Virus record (IMG/VR): IMGVR_UViG_3300033513_000030
Coordinates: 1-38,139 of that record
Origin: a virus
Lineage: Duplodnaviria; Caudoviricetes
DNA: 38,139 bases
Reading direction: 5' to 3' (one strand)
Shown piece after piece: positions 1-9,866 of this stretch; position 1 is the stretch's first letter; each line of letters starts with the position of its first letter. The position numbers were made by a program, and so were the translations under genes. Below the pieces are notes generated by a model. It made no database searches, was not told the origin of the DNA, and saw nothing but the letters and a program-made list of their open reading frames with translations.

Positions 1-11
1 GGCGGGCTTTC

Positions 12-58
12 TGTAAGCGCGCGCGCGTTTTGGCACTAATTTGCGCACGATTTGGCAC
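12..58 (+). repeat. Phage right end (attR) with putative transposase-binding repeats
   Basis: TG at 12-13, then TTTTGGCAC (28-36), TTTGCGCAC (40-48), ATTTGGCAC (50-58), matching inverted copies at the other end. Confidence 0.75.
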
Positions 59-97
59 AGGCAATCCCCTCACAAAAAGCCGAAAAACGGCCGCCCG

Positions 98-857
98 TTA
101 AAATAACCCGCCCATCACCCCCGGCTCGTAGTTCGTAATCACCAGCTCGCGGCTCTCTTGGGGGCTGCCTTGGGCATTGGCCACGCTGTATTTTATGCCC
201 AGGTCGTGCATGGTCAGGCCGTTAAACACGCGGCGGATGTCGGGGTGGTCATTGCGCCATTTCCTCATACTGCTCGATGCCGAACGGCACGCCATAGCCC
301 TCGACCTGCCAGTATGGCGGGTCGCAGTAGAAGAACGTGTGCGCCCGGTCGTAGCGCCTCATGCACTCCCGCCAGGGCAGGTTTTCGATGGTGGTGCCGC
401 CAGCCAGGCGCAGGTGAGCGGCCGAGAGGTTCTCCTCGATGCGCAGCAGGTTGACCGAGGGCGCTGTGGTTGCGGTGCCGAAGGTCTGGCCGTCAACCTT
501 GCCCCCGAAGGCGTGCTGCTGCAGGTAGAAGAAACGGGCCGCGCGCTGGATGTCCGTGAGCGGCTCTGTATTGGTGCCCTGCAGCCACTTGAACACCTGG
601 CGGCTGGAAAGCGCCCACTTGAACTGCCGGACAAACTCCTCCAGGTGGTGCTGGACCACGCGGTACAGGTTCACCAGCTCGCCGTTGATGTCGTTCAGCA
701 CCTCGACCGGGGCCGGGTATGGCCGTAGGAAATATAGGGCCGCGCCGCCGCAGAACACCTCCACATAGCACTCGTGCAGCGGGAAAAGCGGCATCAATTT
801 GTCGGCCAGGCGGCGCTTCCCGCCGAGCCAGGGAATAATCGGTTGTGCGTTTTGCAT
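98..857 (-). pseudogene. Dam/D12-class DNA adenine methyltransferase in the mom slot, frameshifted
   Basis: PIIPWLGGKRRLA, YVEVFCGGAA and DPPY motifs in ORF 249-857. The C-terminus (NDHPDIRRVF...RELVITNY) is in another frame (98-~252). Confidence 0.85.
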
Positions 858-896
858 CTGCAAGCCTTTTAAAAGCGTTAAAAATCGGCTAGGCTT

Positions 897-1010
897 CTGC
901 CGCCGCGTGCACGTGGCAGGGGGCCTTGGCCTTGGCTCACAGGTGCTGCCTGTGGGTTAAGGTGGCCGGGGCCATGTTGATGCATGGCTCCGGCCGCCTC
1001 CTCTCTTTTT
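897..1010 (+). ncRNA. Putative structured RNA antisense to the MTase leader
   Basis: Hairpins at 897-919, 930-962 (14 bp) and 964-995 (13 bp), with G-U wobbles only on the + strand, followed by CTCTCTTTTT. Confidence 0.55.
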
Positions 1011-1599
1011 ATATCCAGCCGAATGTGACCGGCTGCGGCAGGCTGGTGATGAAAGCCTGCGGGCTAACGGGCATCGCCATCGTCCCAGCCTGGATGGCGG
1101 CGAGATCGGTATAGCATGCCCCCCATACGGCGTCGCGCCACGCGATCATGGCCTTTGCCTCGGCCGCGAAGGTGGCGTTGGCACTGGTCTGGTAGGTGGC
1201 GCATGACAGCGCTGTGTCGTAGCCCTTGGCCTTGGCGGTGCCATCCAGCCAGGCTTGGACGGCCGTCTCGTACATGCCTATCAGTTCGGCCTGAGTCGGT
1301 GGAGCTGGAGGTGGGGGGGTCAAGGCGAAGCCAGCCGGTATTGAGCCGATCGACGGAACCCCCTGCTCTGCACCGGAAGTCTGATCGTACATAATGTGAC
1401 CACGGTAATCAGGCTGCAAGGACCAGGCGCCTGCCGAAAATACGGGAATCTCATTGGGCCCTGCTACAGGCGGAGCTACGTCCGTACTGTGGTCAGGGGT
1501 TATGAATACACCTGGCTCCATCGGGCTTTCCTGTGCGTCCCATAGACCGATAAGCGCACCGGTAACTGCATCAAACAGATATGTGGTTTTCGTTTTCAT
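1009..1599 (-). CDS. Tail fibre assembly/chaperone protein
   Basis: ESPMEPGVFITP..ST..APP...W...PDYRG motif typical of Tfa-like proteins; directly follows the fibre gene. Confidence 0.75.
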   Translation of the reverse strand: MKTKTTYLFDAVTGALIGLWDAQESPMEPGVFITPDHSTDVAPPVAGPNEIPVFSAGAWSLQPDYRGHIMYDQTSGAEQGVPSIGSIPAGFALTPPPPAPPTQAELIGMYETAVQAWLDGTAKAKGYDTALSCATYQTSANATFAAEAKAMIAWRDAVWGACYTDLAAIQAGTMAMPVSPQAFITSLPQPVTFGWI

Positions 1600-1610
1600 G
1601 AATCACCTTC

Positions 1611-2873
1611 TTAATATTTAACGCAAAGAAGAACACGGACACCAGCGGCCAAGTTTGCGGCACCGCCCGTGCTAGCCGTGGTTCCACCCAGCGCCGTTGC
1701 GTCCGCGTGATAACCACCGCCAGCTTGGCCAGTATTGGTATCATTTATCATGGTGGTAGACTGCTGAGCGTGCGTATGAGCAATAACCTGGCCAGCCGTC
1801 TGCGTTCCGACGTTCGCACTGGCTTGCACAGCGGCGTAGTCCGCAGGAAAGTACGGAATGCCGAACGTAGTTACACCGTCTCCCGCGCCCCATGTCGTGC
1901 CGATCGCCGCGAACAGGGCGGCATAGGTGGCTCGTGAGACGCTTGTTGCCCCGGTTGGGCAAAGAAGATACCCGGCGGGAGCCGTAATTCCGGCGAACTC
2001 GATGATGGTTCCCGCCGGTACGCCGCTTGCATTCCCTGAGGCCAGGTCGGCATAAAATACCAACGTCCACGCGGGTGCCACGCCAGCCGCCGCAGTTGCG
2101 GCGTAATAGAACAGCTTCTGGCCCGCATCGGTCATCACCTCACTCCAGCACGGCCCAGCCACGTCTCGCCCCGCCCACACCGCTGCGGTAATAGAGGTAT
2201 TGTTGACCACCATATACTCGGCGTTGATGGTCGCGCCGTTGTACTGCATGCCGGTCACACCGACGAGGTCGTAATAACGGCGGTCCCGTGCGCCCGCCGG
2301 GTCGCCGAAAGTTTCCACCAGGCCGAGGGTCGGGTTGTTTTGCAGCAGGTAGCGTGCGTCGCCCTGCGATTGCACAAGCGAGGTGATGTACACCTTATTG
2401 TCCGCAAGCACGTAGCTCCAGCCTACCACGTCGCCTGTCGCCAGGTCCCCGGCTGCCAGCGCGCCGCCGACGTCATTTACCAGGGAAACCGGCCCCGCAC
2501 CCATGTCCAGGGTGCAGGCACCGGTGTTCGCTACCGGAACCTTGAAACGCCCGCTGATGTCCGCCGCATAAGCGGCGATGGCTGGGTTCAGGGCCACCAC
2601 GTAGGCGTTGGCCACGCCAGTGGCGAGCGCGTAGTTGCCGGATCGCGCCTCGATCAGCTTCTCGATGGCAAGCAGTACTTGCGCCCGGTTGTTGGGGTCG
2701 AGGGCCAACCCCGCCGCCTCGGCGATGCCGGCTAGTTCTTCCTGAACTGAGTTGCACCAGGCGGCATCGAACTCGGTAGGGTTAACACCCAGCGCCTGGT
2801 CGCCATTCTTAAATCCATCCTTGCCCGCCCCGAACAGTCCTACGGCACGGTTTGGTGTATCTATTCTCTGCAT
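1611..2873 (-). CDS. Tail fibre protein with tail-collar domain
   Basis: Mu S-like N-terminus (MQRID...WCNSVQEELA); collar motif GTIIEFAG..APAGYLLC...YAALFAAIGTTWGAGDG.TTF. Confidence 0.85.
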   Translation of the reverse strand: MQRIDTPNRAVGLFGAGKDGFKNGDQALGVNPTEFDAAWCNSVQEELAGIAEAAGLALDPNNRAQVLLAIEKLIEARSGNYALATGVANAYVVALNPAIAAYAADISGRFKVPVANTGACTLDMGAGPVSLVNDVGGALAAGDLATGDVVGWSYVLADNKVYITSLVQSQGDARYLLQNNPTLGLVETFGDPAGARDRRYYDLVGVTGMQYNGATINAEYMVVNNTSITAAVWAGRDVAGPCWSEVMTDAGQKLFYYAATAAAGVAPAWTLVFYADLASGNASGVPAGTIIEFAGITAPAGYLLCPTGATSVSRATYAALFAAIGTTWGAGDGVTTFGIPYFPADYAAVQASANVGTQTAGQVIAHTHAQQSTTMINDTNTGQAGGGYHADATALGGTTASTGGAANLAAGVRVLLCVKY

Positions 2874-2887
2874 GAGTCGTTCCTCTT

Positions 2888-3442
2888 TTAAGCGTAGGCA
2901 AATAACACGGTGGTGTGCGCTGGCCGATCCTCGGAGATCGCTCCCTCTACCAGCGAGTGTCCCCAGCTAGCCAGCGGTGCATTGCATGGGCTGTTGCAGC
3001 TTGCCCTGAAGCTGCCGCCAGTCGCAGGCAGTGACAACCTCCACACGAACAGATCGTTCTGCCCTACCAGCGCCGAATTGCAGTTGTCGTTGCAGGTCGC
3101 CCTGCGGTATTCGGTCATTACGGCGTTCGGGAAGCCATAACGGGCGGCGAGCGCGAGGTAGTAGCCGCGAGACTGGCCGCCGCGCTCGTTGACCTTGGCC
3201 AGAAGCTGGGCGCGGCGCTGTTCCAGCGACAACCCGGAGCCGCTGAGGTTGTAGAGGCGTTCGTAGTCTGGCAGCAGCGAGTAGACGGTACGCGGGTCGA
3301 ACTCGTTGAGCAGCTGCTCGGCGTTGGCTTGGGCTGCGTCCAGGGCGTTGCCCTCGGCCGCCAGCTCGACGGCGATCATCTGGCCGTTCGGATCGTAGGC
3401 GTCGGGCGGCAGCGAGAGCTTGAGGAGGTCGGTATTGTTCAT
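2888..3442 (-). CDS. Baseplate protein, Mu gp48/DUF2313 family
   Basis: LLPDYER, GGQSR.YY, RPAHT motifs; lies after baseplate J. Confidence 0.85.
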   Translation of the reverse strand: MNNTDLLKLSLPPDAYDPNGQMIAVELAAEGNALDAAQANAEQLLNEFDPRTVYSLLPDYERLYNLSGSGLSLEQRRAQLLAKVNERGGQSRGYYLALAARYGFPNAVMTEYRRATCNDNCNSALVGQNDLFVWRLSLPATGGSFRASCNSPCNAPLASWGHSLVEGAISEDRPAHTTVLFAYA

Positions 3443-3444
3443 GG

Positions 3445-4518
3445 TCAGCTCAGCGTGACGGTTCCCAGGGTGGCGAGCTGCGCGTGGGTCGAGTCGGCCA
3501 GGATGACGACGTTTGCGGCGGGAGCCACCAAGTTGACGTCAGTGACGCCGTTAACGCTCATCATGAGGGCGATCAGCTTGGCGCGCGGTACCGACACGCC
3601 AACGCTCAGGGTGGCGAACCAGGCGGCCAGCACGGTGTTGATGCGGGTGGTGGCGTCGGCCAGGGTGATGCCGGACAGGGTGATCTGGGCGGTGACCGCC
3701 ACCGGCACCAGGGTTGGGCCGAGCACCAGCAGGTCCACGCAGGGCGGGCGGCGCGACAGGTCGTTGATGTAGGCCGTGACCGCGGCGATCAACGGCGCCG
3801 ACGGGACTCCGCCGTTCGCCTCGATCACCACATCTACGCTGTTTGCCGTGCGGCGCTGGCCAAATATATAGGCGTCTGAAACGCCGGGCACTTCGAGCGC
3901 CCAGCGGTAATAGTCCGCTTCTGACCCGCCGTGCGGCGGCATCTGAATGTCGAAAAGATAGCGCGCCAGCAGCTGCTCCTGCGTCTCGATGTCGGCGCCA
4001 CCTGTCATGCTGAGGATTATTGCGTTCGCCGAGACTCCAGGCGGGGCATTGGTCAGGGCAGCAGGCGTATTAGCTCCCTGGTTTCCGGCGCTCCCGGCCT
4101 GTACGGCCTGCGCAGCGACGGACACGGTGCCACCAGCGCCGATCACCCCCGCCACGGTGGTCACGAACGCCACGCCCGCGTTGTTTTGCACACCCGTTCC
4201 GTTGGGCACGGGGGCGCCGACGGTCCCGGAAAACTGAACAGTTCCTGCCGCAGCTACGGCCTGCTTCTGGGTGATGCCCCGGATCGCGGCGTGGCGGATC
4301 AAGTAGTCAAGGTCGGCCGTGTCCGCCATCAGCTGGCGGGCGATCCATTGCTGGTGCTGGTACAAGCCCTCGATTGCGTTGCCGGTCGCGGCTCCGCGCA
4401 TGGCGAAGTCCGAATCGTCTCCGACATATGGCGGCTGCTGCCAGTTGCGCGTCTGGTTCTGAATGTCCCGAAGGATGTCCGCTTTTACCTGGCGATAGTC
4501 TTTAACGGGGAATGGCAT
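3445..4518 (-). CDS. Baseplate J-like protein (Mu gp47)
   Basis: DTAD..YL.RHA, GGADIET, PPHGG...DY..WALEVPGV motifs. Confidence 0.92.
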   Translation of the reverse strand: MPFPVKDYRQVKADILRDIQNQTRNWQQPPYVGDDSDFAMRGAATGNAIEGLYQHQQWIARQLMADTADLDYLIRHAAIRGITQKQAVAAAGTVQFSGTVGAPVPNGTGVQNNAGVAFVTTVAGVIGAGGTVSVAAQAVQAGSAGNQGANTPAALTNAPPGVSANAIILSMTGGADIETQEQLLARYLFDIQMPPHGGSEADYYRWALEVPGVSDAYIFGQRRTANSVDVVIEANGGVPSAPLIAAVTAYINDLSRRPPCVDLLVLGPTLVPVAVTAQITLSGITLADATTRINTVLAAWFATLSVGVSVPRAKLIALMMSVNGVTDVNLVAPAANVVILADSTHAQLATLGTVTLS

Positions 4519-4519
4519 G

Positions 4520-4888
4520 TCACATCACCGGGATCGGGTGTTTGAACGCGAAGGTCTCGCCGCTCGCCGCGAGAACCGAAATCAGCAGATTGAGGCGCCC
4601 AGGTTGGCGCTCCGTGGCGACCGTGATCGACCGGGCGCGGCCATCCGTGCGGATCGGCGCGAGCGCCTGATCCGCGTATTGTTGGGCGAGCACCGCCATG
4701 CGCGGCAGGTCTTTGACGCGCCGCAACTCGCCGAGGCGGCTGCCGAACGTCTTGTCGCCCCAGTAGCTGCCGTAGGGCACCGTCAGGCGCAGGTAGATCG
4801 AGTTCGCCAGGCCGCCTGCGGGGTCGCGCTGCGCTGCGCCCTGCAATAGGACGTAGTCTTTCGTGGTGGGGTTGATCCATGCGTCCAT
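4520..4888 (-). CDS. Baseplate wedge protein (Mu gp46)
   Basis: GSYWGD..FGSRL..L.R.K, YA.QAL motifs; position. Confidence 0.88.
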   Translation of the reverse strand: MDAWINPTTKDYVLLQGAAQRDPAGGLANSIYLRLTVPYGSYWGDKTFGSRLGELRRVKDLPRMAVLAQQYADQALAPIRTDGRARSITVATERQPGRLNLLISVLAASGETFAFKHPIPVM

Positions 4889-5442
4889 TACATCTGCCCT
4901 GTTGGCGCTTGCGCCGTGGCGCCGGATACGGCTTGGGTGTGAGCGTTAAACACCCCGCGCATCGCCGCCATGCTCTTGTTGCCGTGGTCGCTGATGTCGC
5001 CTTGCGCGACGATGCTGCCCTGCACATTGAGGTCTCCGGAGAGGTTGGTAGCTGGCGCGGTAATGTCCACGGCCGCGCTCGACACCAGGTGCATGTGGCG
5101 GTCGGCGCCCAGCTTCACGTAATCACCCCACTCGTTATAGATCGCGGTCTCGCCGCTGGCCAGGTTCGCCAGGCGGTAGCTGCCGTGCTCGGTGGCGATG
5201 ACGATGCCGTGCGCCGTGCGGCCGCCGATCGGCAGCACCACGCACATCGCCCCAACCGGCACATTGCTGGTGAAGCCGAACTGCTGGAACAGCTCGGCGT
5301 CCTGCAGCTGCTCGCCCGCCACGCCGTTGAGCTGCACGAGCTGCATTTGGCCGGCAGCGTTCACCAGGGTGACCACGCCGCGGAACGCCAGGCGTATGCC
5401 GCCCAGCGCGCGGCGGATGCGGGCATCTATGGTCTTGATCAT
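4888..5442 (-). CDS. Baseplate spike protein (Mu gp45/gpV-like)
   Basis: Start reset to MIKTIDAR (ATGA overlap with upstream stop); QQFGFTS, GETAIY and C-terminal H-T/H metal motif (FNAHTQ). Confidence 0.88.
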   Translation of the reverse strand: MIKTIDARIRRALGGIRLAFRGVVTLVNAAGQMQLVQLNGVAGEQLQDAELFQQFGFTSNVPVGAMCVVLPIGGRTAHGIVIATEHGSYRLANLASGETAIYNEWGDYVKLGADRHMHLVSSAAVDITAPATNLSGDLNVQGSIVAQGDISDHGNKSMAAMRGVFNAHTQAVSGATAQAPTGQM

Positions 5443-6566
5443 GCCTGGCTCCCCGGCACCGGGATGTCGATGATCTGGCCCGGCAGGGCGTTCTTGCCGC
5501 GGCGGTGGCGGTTCTTGTGCGGGTGGGCGTCCAGCACCCATACCCCGTCTTCCTTGAGCGTTAAAACGGTGCGCGTTCCGTCCATGCGGCTGCGGGTGAA
5601 CTTGCGGCCAATAAGGAAGAACGTGCCGTCGATCCCGTGCGGTTCGGATTTGACGTGGATGCGCTGTCCCGGCTTCCACAGCTGGCCGTCGGATGGCTGG
5701 CCGGGGGCGACAATGCGGTGCCCCTTCACCACGGCGGTCAGGGTGATGCCGTTTAGGCGCCCGTCGGCCAGCAGCTTCCCCGCGCGCGCCTGGCACAGGG
5801 CGGTGCTGTCGCACTCGTGGTCGATCACGATCTTGGGCCGGTACCAGCTGATGCCGGTGTCGCCCTTCTTGCCGGAAAGGTCGTTGCGCCCGTGGTTGAC
5901 TCCGGTGCCGTGGGTCTGGCCAAGCACGGTCAGCTCCGAGTAGCGGCCGTGGATGGATTCATGCTTGCTCAGGGAGATCAGGTTATTGCCGCTTCCGTCC
6001 TTGCGCATTGCGAGCGTGGCCACCTCGGGGGCGGAATAGTCCGGGCCGCCAATCACCAGGGTTCCGTCAGGCTCGAACCACGGCCATAGGCCGTTTGCCT
6101 CGGCGGCACGGGCGAGCGCGTCCCAGGCGGTGTCTCCGGGCTCGACGTTGATCTTGTCGCGGATGGTAGTCTCGTCTGCGTCGATTTTCGGAGCGCCAAT
6201 CCCGAACGGCGCCAGAATCTTCGTGGCGATCTGGGAAAGGCTTACCGTCTTCGAAGTGAAGAGCGGAACGGAACAATCTAGCAGGGACGCCGCCTTGTCG
6301 CGGCCAGCGACCGTAATGTTGTGCGAGCCCTTAGATACCGAGTGCTCGATTTCGTCGATGCGCCCCGTGAGCACGGTATCCCCGCCGATCGCAACGATCA
6401 CCGGCGCGCCCGGCACGATCTCCGGCGGCAGCGCGTGGCTCGCGCCCAGGGTGAGGTGGAAACCATCCGCGGGAACGAGCAGGTCCGAGTCGATCTCATA
6501 GCTCGACCAGTCGCTGTGCGTCTTTCCGCCGATCTGCAGCTCGACCTTGTCAGGCAGCGTAGGCAT
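5439..6566 (-). CDS. Baseplate hub protein (Mu gp44/P)
   Basis: W..YEIDSDL..PADGF, GRD....L.DCS, W.PGQR motifs. Confidence 0.9.
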   Translation of the reverse strand: MPTLPDKVELQIGGKTHSDWSSYEIDSDLLVPADGFHLTLGASHALPPEIVPGAPVIVAIGGDTVLTGRIDEIEHSVSKGSHNITVAGRDKAASLLDCSVPLFTSKTVSLSQIATKILAPFGIGAPKIDADETTIRDKINVEPGDTAWDALARAAEANGLWPWFEPDGTLVIGGPDYSAPEVATLAMRKDGSGNNLISLSKHESIHGRYSELTVLGQTHGTGVNHGRNDLSGKKGDTGISWYRPKIVIDHECDSTALCQARAGKLLADGRLNGITLTAVVKGHRIVAPGQPSDGQLWKPGQRIHVKSEPHGIDGTFFLIGRKFTRSRMDGTRTVLTLKEDGVWVLDAHPHKNRHRRGKNALPGQIIDIPVPGSQA

Positions 6567-7800
6567 TGACGATGTCTCCGGGTTGGGTGAACGGGCTGCG
6601 CGCGCCGTTCATCAGGTACAGCTCTGCGGCACGGTCGCTGTCCCCATACCAGGCATGCGCCTGGAGGCGGAAGTTTCCGGGCACCGTGACGGAGCGCTGT
6701 ACCAACGGCGGGCGCGCTGCGATGACGGCGGCGGCAGCCTGCTGCAATGCAAGCGCCTGGTTGCGCAGGGCATCGCAGACCGGCCCACCATCCTCCAGGG
6801 TAAACAGAACGCGCACCTGGTCCATCGCGGCCTGAATCTGCGTGCGCGCGGTGTTGGCCAGCGCCTCAACTTCGACGGGCATCAAGGTGGGAGTGGCAAT
6901 CTCGCTGGCGAGCATGATGCCCGCGGCCTCGCCGATCGTGGCGGTGACCATCACCTGAATGGTTGCGGCCACAGTTGCGATGGCCTGGTCCTCGGTGGGC
7001 GGCGCGTAGGGCGTGAGCTGGGGAACGGCCGCTGCCGGCGGCGTACCCAGGAGGGAAAATGACTTGAAGTCGCTCAGGATGCTCGGCCATTGTGCGCGCA
7101 CGTCGCGCGTCCAGTCGCGCACGTCCAGGATGTTTCCGGCCAGGCCAGCGACGTCGTTCGCCCAGGCACGAGGGTATTGCAGCGGATCGAGGCCGGAGAG
7201 CACCATGCCCACGCCCGCCGTTATGTCGAGCAGCGGCCCCATCACCGCCTGGCGCAGCCGGTCTAGCCCGTTGAGCGGGTTCGCGGCCTGAACTGCGGCG
7301 ATGATCTTGGCCACCTTGTCCGAAACGGAGGAAACGGCATCCGCCTTGTGCTGCGCCGCAGCGTCGGCCTTCTGCGACGCCAGTTGCTGGGAAAAGAACG
7401 GAGCCGACGGGGTGGATACCACGAAGTTGACGTCCACATGGGCCTCGTCCACGTCCTCGGCCTGATGCGTGATCTTGTGGTCTGCCACCTGGCAGAACAG
7501 CATGCCGAACACCGGGTGCTGCAGCCATCCGCCGGTCGCGGCCTGCTCCGGGCTCAGCAGGCTATCTGCGCCTTCCAGGGCGCGGATGAACTGCTGCAGG
7601 CGCGTGTCGTAGTCCAGGCCAAAAAATACAGCATGTACCTGCACGCGCCGCGCCTTGAGGCCCATGTTCTCGACGTCCGCCCCATCCACGTAGGGATATT
7701 CGTGCTCGACCAGCGCCTGCGCGACGTCGTCCGCAGTGCTTACGCAATCGAACACTACGTCACGGAAGCTTGCATCGAGGAGGTTCTCTTCCCAGCTCAC
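6550..7800 (-). CDS. DNA circulation protein (Mu gp43/N)
   Basis: L.DASFR.V.F, HEYPY.DG...E.MG, L.HP.FG, A...YGD..RA.EL motifs; GTG start. Confidence 0.9.
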   Translation of the reverse strand: MSWEENLLDASFRDVVFDCVSTADDVAQALVEHEYPYVDGADVENMGLKARRVQVHAVFFGLDYDTRLQQFIRALEGADSLLSPEQAATGGWLQHPVFGMLFCQVADHKITHQAEDVDEAHVDVNFVVSTPSAPFFSQQLASQKADAAAQHKADAVSSVSDKVAKIIAAVQAANPLNGLDRLRQAVMGPLLDITAGVGMVLSGLDPLQYPRAWANDVAGLAGNILDVRDWTRDVRAQWPSILSDFKSFSLLGTPPAAAVPQLTPYAPPTEDQAIATVAATIQVMVTATIGEAAGIMLASEIATPTLMPVEVEALANTARTQIQAAMDQVRVLFTLEDGGPVCDALRNQALALQQAAAAVIAARPPLVQRSVTVPGNFRLQAHAWYGDSDRAAELYLMNGARSPFTQPGDIVNAYAA

Positions 7801-7826
7801 TTTAACGCCCTGTATGAATAGGGCGC

Positions 7827-7872
7827 ATTTTCCGCGCGCGCGCGGTGGCGGTTAAGGCGGAAGCGCTTCCGC
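7827..7872 (-). promoter_or_regulatory. Late promoter 3 (upstream of N/baseplate genes)
   Basis: GCGGAAGCGCTTCCGC-CTTAAC, 18 nt, then -10-like GAAAAT; same layout as the copies at 16671 and 24961. Confidence 0.75.
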
Positions 7873-9866
7873 TAATGGCGAGATGCAGTACGCTCCCCGC
7901 GCTTGCGTATCATGGTGTAGACCGGCTGGCCGTCCATGTGCAGCTCGATCTTGAGGGCTCGGTCTGCCTCCTCGGAGCCGAACCAGGACATCATGGTGGC
8001 GAGCGTTCCGCCCAGGTCAAACCCGGCATCGGTCGCCTTGATCCCGTGGTCATAGAGCAGCGATCCGCCGCCGTAGCCGACTGCTCCGGCGGCTCCCACG
8101 CCCGCCAGAGCCGTGCCCCCGACGGCTCCTCCGACGGCTTCCGCGCCGCCCAGCAGAAAACCTCCGGCCCGCGCCAGCAGCGCGCCGCCGCTGCCGATAG
8201 CCGCTGTACCCCCACGCGCCAGCAGCGCGCCGCCCGCTGTCAGCAGGCCCTTTCCTTTGGAGAGCACGCCGCTCAGCAGGCCGCCCTTGCCGCCGCCGAC
8301 GGCATTGGTCAGAGCGGAAGCACCCGCAGCGGCTGCGAGCGCGGTCAGGGCGGTGGTGGCAGCCACGGTGGCGGCCGTTAACGCGGGATACTCCTTGGCG
8401 ATAGCCGAGAATCCGTCGGCGACCGACCCCACCAGCGGCGTCAATTTTTCGAAGGCCGCGGTGGTGGCGAACTCCTTCTCGTTCGACGCCTGCTGCACCT
8501 TGAAGCCCGCCTCCTCCTGAATGACCGCGAAGTTCTTGTCGGTGGCCCCGGAACCGGCGAGAGTCTTCTTCTGCACGTCGGCCATATAGTCGCGGTTGCC
8601 CATTATTCCCACTAGGGCCATCAGCGCCTGGCGGTCCTGGATGATGCCGCCGATCGCAGAACCCTGCAAGATGTCTGCCTGGGATTCGAGGACGGCGCGC
8701 TTGTCTTCCCCCTTGGCCGTCTTGAGCCTGCCCTGTAGCGCCTGGTAGTTCTTGTCCTTCCCCACGACGTGGTCCACGATGCCGACGAACGCATCGAGCG
8801 AGTCGATTCCCTTGCCGCGCGCGGCGGACAGCGTGCCGGACAGGTTGATACCGAGCTTCTGCGCATCCTTCGCCGTGTCCTGGCTGTTGATCTTGGCCAA
8901 CAGGTTGACCAGGTTATTTCCCGCCTCGTCCTTGGTGCCCGCCGTGATCGCAGTCGCCTGGTTGGCAGCCAGAAGCTTGGACATGCCCGCGGTGCCTGAC
9001 ATGCCGGATACCTTGGCCGCAGCCATCTGCTGGGGCAGCCACTTGGCCATATCCTTCAGCTCGAAGCCGCCGGCCTGCCCGGCGGTGATAGCCATGTCGA
9101 TGATGTTCCCCATGTCGCCGGCCTTGATGCCGAAGGTCTGCATGCCGCGAATACCGATCTGGGCGAGCTCCTTCGAATCCGCGCCGGACGCGGTTGAAGC
9201 CTTCATCAGCGTGGGCAGCATGGACATGGCGTCCTTAGGGGACATCGCGCCCGACGCGATGATGCTGTCCAGCGTCTCGGCGGCGCTGTCGCGCGTCCCT
9301 CCGCCAACACGGACGGCATTGACGATTGCGGCATTCAGTTCGCGCTTGCCCGCGATCCGGCCAGCAGTGTCTCGGTCCGTGTAGGCGGTGTTAGACATCT
9401 GGGCCAGGCGCATGCCGTAGTCCATCGTCCGCTCGACCGGCTTGGACAGGACATAGCCCCCCGCCATCGCCCCAGCCACCACGCTGGCGCCCGCGCGCAT
9501 GCCGCCCGCCGCGCGCTGCGCCAGGCTGTATTTGCCCATTTCGCTGTTCAATTCGCGGAGCCTGGTTTTTAACGCTTGGGCGGCGCGGGCCTGCTCGCGG
9601 AAGGATGTTTCGCCAGATTTGCCAAGCCGGTTGTACGCGGCCTCCGTGCGCTGGATTTCGCGCTGTATTTCGTGCTCGGACCGGATCCCCAGGGCCGAGA
9701 TTGCCTCCCGTTTCTTACCGTAATTGGTGACCGCCTTGGTCAGGTTATCGGTGGCGGTCGCCGTCTTGCCGATCGCAGACTGCATGTCCCGGCTGGCCAT
9801 GAGCACGCCGCGCGACGCGAGGTCGCGCAGGCGCATGGTGAGGGAGAGGTCGAAGTTTTTGCTCAT
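7872..9866 (-). CDS. Tail tape measure protein
   Basis: 664 aa, Ala/Gly-rich, G.FELKDMA..LP core; follows chaperone genes. Confidence 0.9.
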   Translation of the reverse strand: MSKNFDLSLTMRLRDLASRGVLMASRDMQSAIGKTATATDNLTKAVTNYGKKREAISALGIRSEHEIQREIQRTEAAYNRLGKSGETSFREQARAAQALKTRLRELNSEMGKYSLAQRAAGGMRAGASVVAGAMAGGYVLSKPVERTMDYGMRLAQMSNTAYTDRDTAGRIAGKRELNAAIVNAVRVGGGTRDSAAETLDSIIASGAMSPKDAMSMLPTLMKASTASGADSKELAQIGIRGMQTFGIKAGDMGNIIDMAITAGQAGGFELKDMAKWLPQQMAAAKVSGMSGTAGMSKLLAANQATAITAGTKDEAGNNLVNLLAKINSQDTAKDAQKLGINLSGTLSAARGKGIDSLDAFVGIVDHVVGKDKNYQALQGRLKTAKGEDKRAVLESQADILQGSAIGGIIQDRQALMALVGIMGNRDYMADVQKKTLAGSGATDKNFAVIQEEAGFKVQQASNEKEFATTAAFEKLTPLVGSVADGFSAIAKEYPALTAATVAATTALTALAAAAGASALTNAVGGGKGGLLSGVLSKGKGLLTAGGALLARGGTAAIGSGGALLARAGGFLLGGAEAVGGAVGGTALAGVGAAGAVGYGGGSLLYDHGIKATDAGFDLGGTLATMMSWFGSEEADRALKIELHMDGQPVYTMIRKRGERTASRH

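Noticed and set aside
954-966. Fourth late promoter (GGTTAAGGTGG) upstream of the MTase
   Set aside because: It lacks the GGAA..TTCC palindrome and is explained by the RNA stem.
1009-2873. Invertible G segment/gin or a diversity-generating retroelement at the tail fibre
   Set aside because: No invertase, inverted fibre cassette, reverse transcriptase or template repeat is visible.
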